This document shows, piece by piece, positions 50,468 through 61,399 of a stretch of DNA of 64,000 nt (the first letter of the stretch is position 1; each line of letters begins with the position of its first letter). A program made the position numbers and the translations under genes. Origin of the DNA: the human T2T-CHM13v2.0 reference genome, Homo sapiens. The DNA is taken from assembly GCF_009914755.1 (NCBI RefSeq), contig NC_060936.1; one strand, given 5' to 3'. The notes under the pieces were generated by a model that saw nothing but the letters and a program-made list of their open reading frames with translations, ran no database searches and was not told the DNA's origin.

Positions 50468-52512
50468 TTTTTAATTTTTATTATTTGTTAATCTTATGTT
50501 TTATTTACACTTCTTTTCTGTGACATGAGCACACACAGATTCATGTGTATACATATATGGCTCTGATACCTCTCCTTTCCTGTCCTCATTCAAACCACTG
50601 ATCACAGAGAGAGGACTATTTTTTTTTATTTTTAATTTTTCTATTTCAATAGGTTTTTGGGGGAACAGGTGGTGTTTGGTTACATGAATAAGTTCTTTAG
50701 TGGTGATTTTGGTGCACCCATCACCCAAACAGTGTACATTGTACCCAATGTGTAATCTTTTAACCCTTGCCACACCCCACCCTTTCCCCGCAGTCCGCAA
50801 AGTCCCATGTATCATTCTTATGCCTTTGCTTCCTCATAGCTTAGCTCCCACATATGAGTGAGAACATACAATGTTTGGTTTTCCATTCCTGAGTTATTTA
50901 ATTAAAATAATAGTATCCAATTCCATCCAGGTTGCTGTGAATGCCATTATTTTGTTCCTTTTTATGGTTGAGTAGTATTCCATGGTGTGTTTGTGTGTGT
51001 ATAACATTTTTCTTTATCCACTCATTGATTGATGGGCATTCGGGCTGGTTCCATATTTTTGCAATTGCAAATTGTGCTGTTATAAACATGTGTGTGCAAG
51101 TATCTTTTTTGTATAATGACTTCTTTTCCTCTGGGTAGATACCTAGTAGTGGGATTGCTGGATCAAATGGTAGATCTACTTTTAGTTCTATAAGGAATCT
51201 CCACACTGTTTTCCATAGTGGTTGTATGAGTTTACATTCCCACCAATGGTGTAAAAGTGTTCCCTTTTCACCACATCCACACCAACATCTATTATTGTTT
51301 GATTTTTTATTATGACCATTCTTGCAGGAGTGAGGTGGTATCACATTGTGGTTTTGATTTGCATTTCCCTGATAATTAGGGATGTTGAGCATTTTTCCAT
51401 ATGCTTGTTGGTATTTGTTTTTTTTTTTTTTTTTCATTATTATACTTTAAGTTTTAGGGTACATGTGCACAATGTGCAGGTTAGTTACATATGTATACAT
51501 GTGCCATGCTGGTGTGCTGCACCCATTAACCCGTCATTTAGCATTAGGTATATCTCCTAATGCTATCCCTCCCCAATTCCCCCCACCCCGCTTGTTGGTA
51601 TTTGTATATCTTCATTTGAGAATTCTCTGTTCATGTCCTTAGCCCACTTTTTGATGAGATTTTTTTTTTCTTGCTGATTCGTTTGAGTTCTTTGTAGATT
51701 CTGGATATTAGTTGGATGTATAGATTGTGAAGATTTTCTCCCATTCTGTGGGTTGTCTGTTAACTCTGCTAATTATTTCTTTTGCTTTGCAGAAGCTTTT
51801 TAGTTTAATTAAGTCCCATCTATTTATCTTTGTTTTTGTTGCATTTGCTTTTGGGTTCTTGGTCATGAAGTCTTTGCCTAAGCCAATGTGTAGGAGGGTT
51901 TTTCCAATATTATCTTCTAGAATCTTTATGGTTTCAGGTCTTAGATTTAAGTATTTGATCGATTTTGAGTTGAATTTTGTATAAGGGGAGAGAGAAGGAT
52001 TCAGTTTCATTCTTCTACATGCAACTTGCCAATTATCCTAGGACCATTTGTTGAATAGGGTGTCCTTTCCCCATTTTATGTTTTTGTTTGGTTTGTCAAA
52101 GATCAGTTGGCTGTAAGTGTTTGGCTTTATTTCTGGGTTATCTATTCTGTTCCATTTGTCTACGTGACTATTTTTATACCAGTACCATGTTGTTTTGGTG
52201 ACTATGGCCTTACAGTATAGTTTGAAGTCTGATAATGTAATGCCTCCAGATTTGTTCTTTTTACTTAGTCTTGCTTTGGCTATGTGAGCTCTTTTTTGGT
52301 GCCATATGAATTTTAGGATTGTTTTTTCTAGTTCTGTGAAGAATGATGGTGGTATTTTGATGGGAATTGCATTGAATTTGTAGATTGTTTTTGGGAGTAT
52401 GGTCATTTTCACAATATTGATTCTACCCATTCATGAGCATGGGATGTGTTTCCATTTGTTTGTGTCATCTATGATTTTCTTTCAGCAATGTTTTGTAGTT
52501 TTCCTTGTAGAG
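50468..52512 (-). mobile_element. 5'-truncated L1PB-type element with a 3' transduction, inserted in an older L1M
   Basis: 15-bp TSD ttcctagttatttta (50453-50467, 52513-52527); ORF2-like peptides in ORFs 52038..52430 and 51708..52010. Confidence 0.85.
51419..51589 (-). mobile_element. Young short L1PA (PA2/PA3-like) 3' end nested in the L1PB
   Basis: Poly(T) plus L1PA 3'UTR; perfect 16-bp TSD gcttgttggtatttgt (51403-51418, 51590-51605). Confidence 0.88.
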
Positions 52513-52929
52513 TTCCTAGTTATTTTAAAGTCTGTGTTCGGTCTTTCAGCATTTAAAGTTTGTAGGTTTATTACTATTTCTCTTCTTTCTGTTGGTCATA
52601 ACTCTTAGTGTTTTGTTTCCTTGTGTGCCTGGTTACATATGTGCTGGTCATTGTATTTGAAAATTATGTGTGAAATAATTTGAGGTTTTGGATTATGTAT
52701 ATTCCTCCAGAAAGAATTTCATTTGCTTCTGTGCATTTCTTAGGAACATTACAAGTCCTTCTTCTCAGTTAATTTTCGTAGTATCTTTATCAGATAGGTG
52801 CTATTACAACCACTCACTTAGCAGATGAAAATCATGAGGCTCTGAGAGTCTAAGTCATCTACTTAGAATTGGACAATGGTGAAGCCAGGATTCAAACCCA
52901 CATCAATAAGAATCCAGCGCTCTTAACAA

Positions 52930-53145
52930 GGGGCCAGTACACTTTTTTAAAAAATAAAAGGCTAGATAGTAAATATTTTAGACTTTGTGGACTGCACAGC
53001 CTCTGTTGCAACTACTCAACCCTGCCTTTGTAGCATGAATGCAGTCATAAACTATACATAAATGAATGAGCCTGGATTCGTTCCAAGGAAACTTTATAAA
53101 AACAGGTGGCAGGCTGGATTTGGCCCATGAGAAGTGTAGTTTACA
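52930..53145. mobile_element. MER58A-like hAT MITE
   Basis: gatagtaaatattttagactttgtgg...tctgttgcaactactcaac...ggatttggcccatg. Confidence 0.65.
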
Positions 53146-53194
53146 CAAAAGTTGAGCAAACCAATTTTTTTCTGATTGTTTTTCCTCTTCTCAG

Positions 53195-53424
53195 TGTAAG
53201 AAGAAGCTTGGGAAGCTGCCACCTCAGTATGCCCTGGAGCTCCTGACGGTCTATGCTTGGGAGCGAGGGAGCATGAAAACACATTTCAACACAGCCCAGG
53301 GATTTCGGACGGTCTTGGAATTAGTCATAAACTACCAGCAACTCTGCATCTACTGGACAAAGTATTATGACTTTAAAAACCCCATTATTGAAAAGTACCT
53401 GAGAAGGCAGCTCACGAAACCCAG
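53195..53424 (+). CDS. OAS1: OAS1 exon 4 ([23 protein letters not shown]...LTKP)
   Basis: tcag| ... |gtatgc, 230 bp. Confidence 0.96.
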
Positions 53425-54232
53425 GTATGCTATCCCCACATGGCTTAGCTCCCCTATGTAAATGAACACCTGGATACAGGTACAGTGCCTTGGAAATGGA
53501 GGAGGTGGGAGGGCTCCCCACTTAGTGAGAATCTCCTGTTGCCCATCATTGTACTGGGCATTTTACTACTGCCATCTGTTTTAAACACCTACCTCCAACC
53601 CTGTGAGGCAGGCACTATGCCAATTATTTTACAGGTGAGTAAACTGAGGTTCTGAGAGGTAAGGAGCTTGTCCAACCCTTAACAGAAAATGAGTAAAATA
53701 GCTGCAGTTTGAACTGAAATAAGAACAGCAGCAACAACAATGATAGTAATTGCTCCCAGGTATTGAAAGCTTGTTGTAAGACTAACACATGCTAATATAA
53801 TAGTAAAAATTATTAGCAATATTACTGATATGTATGTTATGTTCTAGTCGCTGTGCTGAGCATTTCATATAACTGGGCTTTTTCTATCCTCACAGCATAG
53901 CCTTTGAGATAGGTATGTGGAACTATTCCCATTTTACAGATAAGAATCCTGAGGCTTAGAGAGTTCAAGTGACCTACCCAAGGGCACATCACTGATAAAG
54001 GGCAGAGGTGGGATTCAAACCCACATCTGTCAGGTGCAAGTGCAAGGCTCCTTCTCCTCATGCTCACTGCCTGCTGGGGAATAGGGCACTGGGGACATAC
54101 CCCAGGGAGCCCTTCCTCATGTTCTGAGTCCCAGTTCATCCCATGCTGCTATTTTGCTCTCCCAGGAGCATCTGGACTCCCTAGACAGAGCCCCAGCTTC
54201 TCACCTGTCCCTCTCTAAATGCTGCTCTGCAG

Positions 54233-54386
54233 GCCTGTGATCCTGGACCCGGCGGACCCTACAGGAAACTTGGGTGGTGGAGACCCAAAGGGTTGGAGGC
54301 AGCTGGCACAAGAGGCTGAGGCCTGGCTGAATTACCCATGCTTTAAGAATTGGGATGGGTCCCCAGTGAGCTCCTGGATTCTGCTG
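54233..54386 (+). CDS. OAS1: OAS1 exon 5 ([12 protein letters not shown]...CFK...SSWILL)
   Basis: gcag| ... |gtgaga, 154 bp; exons 1-5 total 1038 nt = 346 codons. Confidence 0.96.
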
Positions 54387-54443
54387 GTGAGACCTCCTGC
54401 TTCCTCCCTGCCATTCATCCCTGCCCCTCTCCATGAAGCTTGA
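54387..54443 (+). CDS. OAS1: OAS1 p42 C-terminus from exon-5 read-through ([18 protein letters not shown]), 364 aa
   Basis: In-frame continuation past the donor; AATAAA at 54613-54618. Confidence 0.92.
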   Translation: MRPPASSLPFIPAPLHEA

Positions 54444-54612
54444 GACATATAGCTGGAGACCATTCTTTCCAAAGAACTTACCTCTTGCCAAAGGCCATTT
54501 ATATTCATATAGTGACAGGCTGTGCTCCATATTTTACAGTCATTTTGGTCACAATCGAGGGTTTCTGGAATTTTCACATCCCTTGTCCAGAATTCATTCC
54601 CCTAAGAGTAAT

Positions 54613-54618
54613 AATAAA
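54613..54618 (+). terminator. OAS1: OAS1 p42 polyadenylation signal
   Basis: AATAAA 170 nt after the p42 stop. Confidence 0.8.
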
Positions 54619-54725
54619 TAATCTCTAACACCATTTATTGACTGTCTGCTTCGGGCTCAGGTTCTGTCCTAAGCCCTTTAATATGCACTCTCTCATTAAA
54701 TAGTCACAACAATCCCATGAGGCAT

Positions 54726-55244
54726 TTTTAAAAATTTTTTATTATTTTAGATTCAGAGGGCACATGTGCCATTTGTTACACAGCTATATTGTGTAATGGT
54801 GGGGTTTGGGCCTCTATTGATCCTGTCGCCCAAATAGTGAACAGAGTACCCAAAAAGAATTTTTTCAACCTTTGCCTTTCTCCCTTCCTCCTCCCTGTTG
54901 GAGTCCCTAGTGTCTATTGTTCCCATCTTTAGCAGATGTTAAGTATTTGATTTTCTGTTTCTGGGTTAATTCACTTCGGATAATGGCCTCCAGCTGCAAC
55001 CATGATTTCATTCTTTCTTATGGCTGCATAATACTCCATGGTGTAGATATACCACACTTTCTTTATCCAGTTCACACTGATGGGCACTTAAGTTGATTCC
55101 ATGACTTTGCTATTGTGAATCGTACTGCGATAAACATACGAGTGCCGGTGTCTTTTGATAGAATGATTTCTTTACCTTTGGGTAGATACCGAGTAGTGGG
55201 ATTGCTGGGTTGAATGGACATTCTACTTTTAGTTATTTGAAAAG
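54726..55244 (-). mobile_element. L1P 3' fragment splitting an antisense MIR
   Basis: TSD tcccatgaggcat (54713-54725, 55245-55257). Confidence 0.8.
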
Positions 55245-56074
55245 TCCCATGAGGCATGTTTTCTATCATTCCCATCTTACAGATGAGACAAAGGCTCAGA
55301 GAGGTGAGGTCACTTGCTCAAGGACATCAGCTAACAAGTGGTGGAAATGGAATTCAAGCTCAGTGGACTCTAAAGCCAGTGCTCATGTCACTGTGCTAAA
55401 CAGCCTGCCTTGTCACATCCCCACCTCTCATCTGACCAATGGGAGACTCTGAGCAGCTGAGTGACTTGGGTTGTCACACAGCTAAACAGGGGCAAAGGAC
55501 CCAGTCTTGGATCTTTCCACCTCCAAGCAGGAATCTGTCTGATTCCAGGGGATTGATGATGTTGCAGATGGCTAGGAAGCAGACTCCAGGATGGAATTTA
55601 GTATGCAGGATGTTCTGGGGGAGAGCCACTGGAACCAGCACTCAGGGAAAGGGGGGAAGAAAGGATAGGAAGGAAGCATGAAAGAGAATAGGGAGAAGTG
55701 AACAGGGATGCAGAGCGAATGCCAGTTTCAGCCAACTCCAAGGACAGCCCTGGAGCTGGAATGGCCTTTAGAGCTGCCCCATGGTGACAGAGGTGGCCAG
55801 GCTTCTATACCCCTACGTGGATCACTCACTGTGCTTGGGCACCTTGGGAAAGGGCATGGCTTTGAGCAAAAGGCTCTCTGCAGCTGAGGCAACCCCTAAA
55901 AGGGCTGACGGCTGAAGTCTGTCTGCTGACCACTGTCCCAGCAGCTGGGGCTTGTTAGTCCTTCCTCAAAGGGGGATCCAGATGGCATGTCACAGTGTCT
56001 ACCGTAAATGCTCACTGAATCCAGCTGCAATGCAGGAAGACTCCCTGATGTGATCATGTGTCTCACCCTTTCAA

Positions 56075-56239
56075 GCTGAAAGCAACAGTACAGACGATGA
56101 GACCGACGATCCCAGGACGTATCAGAAATATGGTTACATTGGAACACATGAGTACCCTCATTTCTCTCATAGACCCAGCACACTCCAGGCAGCATCCACC
56201 CCACAGGCAGAAGAGGACTGGACCTGCACCATCCTCTGA
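56075..56239 (+). CDS. OAS1: OAS1 exon 6, p46 frame (AESNSTDDETDDPRTYQKYG...WTCTIL*, CaaX); its acceptor is destroyed on this allele
   Basis: Frame intact with CTIL at 56225-56236, but preceded by tttcAA instead of tttcAG. Confidence 0.9.
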   Translation, partial: AESNSTDDETDDPRTYQKYGYIGTHEYPHFSHRPSTLQAASTPQAEEDWTCTIL

Positions 56240-56417
56240 ATGCCAGTGCATCTTGGGGGAAAGGGCTCCAGTGTTATCTGGACCAGTTCCTTCATTTTCA
56301 GGTGGGACTCTTGATCCAGAGAAGACAAAGCTCCTCAGTGAGCTGGTGTATAATCCAGGACAGAACCCAGGTCTCCTGACTCCTGGCCTTCTATGCCCTC
56401 TATCCTATCATAGATAA
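56076..56417 (+). CDS. OAS1: OAS1 p52-type C-terminus via the +1 shifted AG acceptor (LKATVQTMRPT...LSYHR*)
   Basis: AG at 56074-56075 exists only on the A allele; matches ORF 56058..56417. Confidence 0.75.
   Translation: MKATVQTMRPTIPGRIRNMVTLEHMSTLISLIDPAHSRQHPPHRQKRTGPAPSSECQCILGERAPVLSGPVPSFSGGTLDPEKTKLLSELVYNPGQNPGLLTPGLLCPLSYHR
56173..56379 (+). CDS. OAS1: OAS1 p48 C-terminus via the acceptor 98 nt downstream (TQHTPGSIHP...DRTQVS*), 414 aa
   Basis: ctctcatag| at 56172; 68 codons, then TGA. Confidence 0.85.
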   Translation, partial: TQHTPGSIHPTGRRGLDLHHPLNASASWGKGLQCYLDQFLHFQVGLLIQRRQSSSVSWCIIQDRTQVS

Positions 56418-56567
56418 CATTCTCCACAGCCTCACTTCATTCCACCTATTCTCTGAAAATATTCCCTGAGAGAGAACAGAGAGATTTAGATAAGAGAATG
56501 AAATTCCAGCCTTGACTTTCTTCTGTGCACCTGATGGGAGGGTAATGTCTAATGTATTATCAATAAC

Positions 56568-56579
56568 AATAAAAATAAA
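56568..56579 (+). terminator. OAS1: OAS1 exon-6 polyadenylation signals
   Basis: Two tandem AATAAA (56568-56573, 56574-56579). Confidence 0.8.
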
Positions 56580-56944
56580 GCAAATACCATTTATTGGGTG
56601 TTTATTAACTTCAAGGCACAGAGCCAAGAAGTACAGATGCATATCTAGGGGTATTGTGTGTGTATATACATTGATTCAACAAGAAATATTTATTGAGCAC
56701 TTACTATGTGCCAAGCATAGCTCTGGGCACTGGGAATATAGCAATGCACAAAAGCAGACAGAAATCCCTGTCCTCATGACCCTGCAGAGCCAAGACTTCC
56801 AGAATTTTTTAAATAAAAAAATCCCTGTCCTCATGGAGTTGACATTTGTGCAAAACATCTTAATGTTAGATGGTTTTCCTATTACTAATAATTCTGAAAT
56901 AAGCATCCTTGATTTATCCTTTCTCCATATCTCTGAGAAAAATT

Positions 56945-57263
56945 ATAGAACCTCCCTGTGTGACACAGCAGCCACTAGCCACATGTGTCAAATGCTTAAA
57001 ATGTAGCTAGTCTAAATCTACATGTGCTGTGAGTGCAAGGTATATACTTGGTTTCAAAGACTTAGTACAAATGAAAAGAATGCCAAGTTCTTGCCAACTG
57101 ATAATTTTTTTAATTGTGTGCTGAAATGACAATTTTTAAATATATTTGAGTTAAATCAAATGAACTTCATCTCTTTCTTTTCCCTTTTTAATTGTGGCTA
57201 CTAGAAAATGTGAAATCATACATGTGGCTTGTGTTATATTATGTATTTCTATTGGACAGCTCT
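56945..57263. mobile_element. MER33-like hAT MITE
   Basis: agccactagccacatgtg ... atttctattggacagctctg. Confidence 0.6.
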
Positions 57264-57699
57264 GTCCTCCAAGGTAAATCACTGGATTAAAGATTCGACT
57301 ATACTGACTTACATTGCCACATTGTCACACTGTCCTTGGGACCAAGAATCAACATATCATTCATAAGACTCTAAAATATAAAACTCTCATAAATACTCAC
57401 AAAAGAACCTAGCATGCTCTGATCACCTGAGTTGCTGGTCACTTTTGGTGGCTGGTAAGCAGCCTTTGGTCCGTCCAGATTATATTCTTCCATTTAGTCC
57501 CCCCACATCCCTGTGAGATGGGTTTTGTTGTTATTCTCATAATATTAAGTGGAATAACTTGAGGTTCTAAGAGGTTACAGTGCTTGCCCAGGGTCACCCA
57601 GCTGGTCAGGGGCAGAGTCTGAACTTGAACCCTAATCCTTCTCTCTCTAAAGCTCATGTTCTTAATCACTGCAGTATGGTCTTAATGTGTCCTCATTCA

Positions 57700-59560
57700 T
57701 TGAAAGCTTATGTTTTCCTACTCTGGCGCCATGAGAACCAGAAGCATCAATGTCCAGGGGCAGGGAAAGATGAATGTCCCAGCTCAACCTGAGCACAGAT
57801 TCACCCTTCCTCGGTCTTTTTGTCCTATTTGTAGACTGGATTAGATGATGCCAGTCTACTGATTCAAATGTGAATCTCTTTCAGAAAAACCCTCACAGAT
57901 ACACCTAGAAATGATGTTTCACCAGCTATCTTGGCACCCTTAGCCCAGTCAACTTGTCACATAAAATCAATCATCACACACTCCATGCTGATAGGCAAGT
58001 GTGGACATCCCAGTGTAATGGCTTCATTGTATTTTACCGTGTGGAAAATGCACTTGTGTTGCCTTTTGGGAGTGTTTCATTTTATAGCAATGCCACAACC
58101 AACAGTAGATTAATGGAATCAGTAATTAGTTGCTTGATCGAAGAGCCACATGGCCACGTGATCAGCCTTCCATCTACAACAGGACCCAGGAGTATACCAG
58201 GATTGTTTTTCAAAGGGCATAGACATTTTTGCTGCAAATGACATGGGCTTACTCCAGAGTCCTGGAGGGGTCTGTGTTATAATTCTCTAAATAGATATTG
58301 CCATAATCTCTGAATGACACCTTTTCCCATGACTAACACTTTGAACACCATGGGGTCTGCCAGGCTGGTGTGGGCCAAGTAGAGGGGCGACTTGCACCAC
58401 AGCCTATACCAGCTGCAGAGCCCTTTAGGACTTAATAAAAGGGTGCTAATTTCTGTATTTCCCTGGCTCTGAGATGTAATAGTGGTTTTAATTTACTATC
58501 CTGGCCAGGGAGGTGGCAGTTTCAAAGGTATCCCCATGACCTTCCTCACTGTGATAGCCCTCACTTAACCCTCAGGCCAATGTGGGGTAGTGTCTTTTAC
58601 CAAGCATGTCCTTTTTGAATATACATTCAGGGGACAGGGAAATGATCACCAGGTCGGTCCATAGACACAGTGGGCAAATGACAAGCCTGACTTGGCCAGG
58701 GCTCCATTTTTCACTCTTGGCTCCTATATGCCCCTACTCTGATGGGGACAGAATCTGATGACGCTTTTCGTTATCAGTGTTGATCCTCTGCCCAACAGTC
58801 TTAGAAATGTTGAGTGACTCCCCTTTTCCAGTGTATCATCCTCTGAATAAATGGCCATAGGTCCTTTGGGGGAAACCATTACTATATATGCTATGGTGTC
58901 ACAGCGTCCTTTCCCAAGGGGACTCTGCCTCCTCTTTGTTAATGGGGTCTAGTCTGAAAACTGGGTTGGTCAGTTCCAAAAATCAGGAAGGGATGATGAC
59001 TTTTTATTGGAATGGCTCCCCTTAACCCCCTGGTCGTCCGGCCTTGATTTCTTCTAATGGTATAAATTGAGTAGTGCCCTTTCAAGATACTCATCCACTA
59101 AGTCACTAAGAGGCCACATTGTGTTAACCAGGTCCCTAACCCTGTATCAGTCACGACCCCTGGCTGCCCCTCCAACCTCACCGTTCATTATAGTCATTGC
59201 ACCCACCTGGCTTCTATTGCTCTGGGAGTCCTGCCTGCCCTATTGCCCTTATCAATCCAAGCTCTGTAACAGCCCCTCTTCCCAGGAGGCCACCACCAGA
59301 ACACCTCATGATGCAGGTGTCCCTCTCTCCACACATTCCTTATGGCCTTGGGGAATGTTTTGTCCCCTGGGACTCTATTTCCAGACTTACATAGTAAACA
59401 TATCCACTCCTCTTCACTGTGCCCATTTCCCTTGGCCTCTTAACACCTTCTTCCACCAGCTCCACAGCAATTCTGGAATTTCATACTTTTCTGCATTTCT
59501 AGGAGCCATCCTAGGAGTCAGGGAAAACCTCGGCTTCACAAGTAAATGGGACTTCAGTTG
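57700..59560 (-). mobile_element. MLT2-type LTR (~57700-57977) with probable ERVL internal sequence
   Basis: Minus strand begins tgtgatgattgattttatgtgacaagttgactgggctaagggtgccaagatagctgg (MLT2 5' end); the internal assignment is weaker. Confidence 0.55.
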
Positions 59561-59732
59561 TGTGCCAACATGCCTGGCTAATTTTTAAATTTTTTTGTAG
59601 AGATGGGGTCTTGCTGTTTTGTCCAGGCTGGTCTTGAACTCCTGGCCTCAAACAATCTTTCCTCCTCGGCCACTCAAAGTGCTGGGATCACAGCTACCAT
59701 TCCCACACACATTTTCTTATTTTTAAAGGCTG

Positions 59733-59798
59733 TATGTGCACTGTATACATTAAATGTGTGCACTGTATACATTAACTGTGTGCACTGTATACATTAAT
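59733..59798. repeat. 22-bp tandem repeat x3 (tgtgtgcactgtatacattaa[a/c/t])
   Basis: Read directly. Confidence 0.9.
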
Positions 59799-59799
59799 T

Positions 59800-60729
59800 T
59801 TCTTTAACGAATTTATCCATTTATAGTTGCTTTGGTTGTTTCCACTTGATTATTGTGAATAGTGCTGCAGTAAACATGGGAATGCAGTTATCTCTTTGAT
59901 ATCCTGATTTCAATTCTTTTGGATACTCAGAAGTGGGATTGCTGGAACATATCGTAGTTCCATTTTTAATTTTTTGAGGAACCTCCATACTGTTTTTTAC
60001 AGTGGCTCACCAACAGTGTGCAAGAGTTCCCATCCCTCTACATCCTCACACTTGCTATCTTTTGTTCATTCTTTAAAAAATGATAGCCATCCTACCAGGA
60101 GTAAGGTGATATTGCATTGTGATTTTGATTTGCACTTCTCTGATAATTAGTGATATTGAGTATATTTTCATAGACCTGTTATCCATTTGTGTGTCTTCTT
60201 TGGAGAAAGATCTATTCCTATCCTTAGCCCATTTTTAAATCAAGTTATTAATTTTTTTGCTAGTGAGTGGTAGGAGTTCCTTACATATTGTGGAGATTAA
60301 CCCTTATTAGATGTATGGTTTGTAAATGTTTTCTTCATTCCATAGATTGTCTTTTCAGCCCGTTGATTGTTTCCTTTGCTATGCAGAAGCTTTTTAGTCT
60401 GATGTAGTCCAAGTTGCCTATTTTTGCTTTTGTTGCCTGTGCTTTGCATACGTGTCCACCTGATCTTTGACAAGATTGCCAAGAATACACAATGGGGAAA
60501 GGACAGTGTCTTCAACAAATGGTGTTTGGAAAGCTGAATGTCCACATGCAAAAGAATAAAATTGGACCCTTACCTTACAGCATACACAAAATCAACTCAA
60601 AATGGATTAAAGACTTAAACGTAAGACCTGAAACTGAAACTACTAGAAGAAAACTTAGGGGAAAACTTCATGACATTGGTCTTTCCAGTGATTTCAGGGA
60701 TGTGACACCAAAAGCACAGACAACAAAAG
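59800..60729. mobile_element. L1M(A/B)-type fragment with 5' inversion (antisense 59800-60446, sense 60447-60729)
   Basis: The two arms cover adjacent L1 ORF2 coordinates and share aaagcacag(a/g)caacaaaag. Confidence 0.7.
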
Positions 60730-61399
60730 GCATTTATTTTTATATGGCATGTGAGGAAGGGGTTCAGTTCCAGTTCTTCCAATGTGGATGCTCAATTATC
60801 CCAGCAGCATTTATTGAACGGATCATGTTCTCTCCACTTCTTTGCAAAGCCACCTCTTAAATATTCCCAGAGCCCATCTATGTGGGAGTCTGTTTCTGGA
60901 CTCTGCTCTTTTCCATTGGTCTATTTTTTGTGTCCTTCAGTTAACACAACCTTGTCTTAATTACTATAACCTTATAATTCTTAGTATCTTTGGGAGAACT
61001 CTGTTCTCTTTTTATCAAGTCATTGGTTCCTCTTGGCCCTTTTTATTTCTACATTAATTTTATACTCAATTTGTGAAGCTCCTCCCAAAATATGGGGAGG
61101 CATTTGATTAGAATTACACATATTAGCTTGGGAAGAATAACATCTATATTTTATATATATATATCTATATAGAATTTGATGATTCTGATCCATGAACTTG
61201 GAGTTTCTTTTCATTAATTTTTGTCCTCTTTAGTGACAGTGACAATGTTTTATCATTTTCCCTGCAGAGGTCTTTCATGGTTTTTGTCGTATGTATTCCC
61301 AAATATTTGTTTCAGTACTATCGTACTTGGCATGCTTTCTTTAATTTCATTTTGCAATGGTTGCTTCATGGGAGACTTAAACATTTTCAGTGGTGATAT

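Noticed and set aside
50898-52430. L1 ORF2-like peptides
   Set aside because: Fragments of a truncated, interrupted L1PB; not a functional gene
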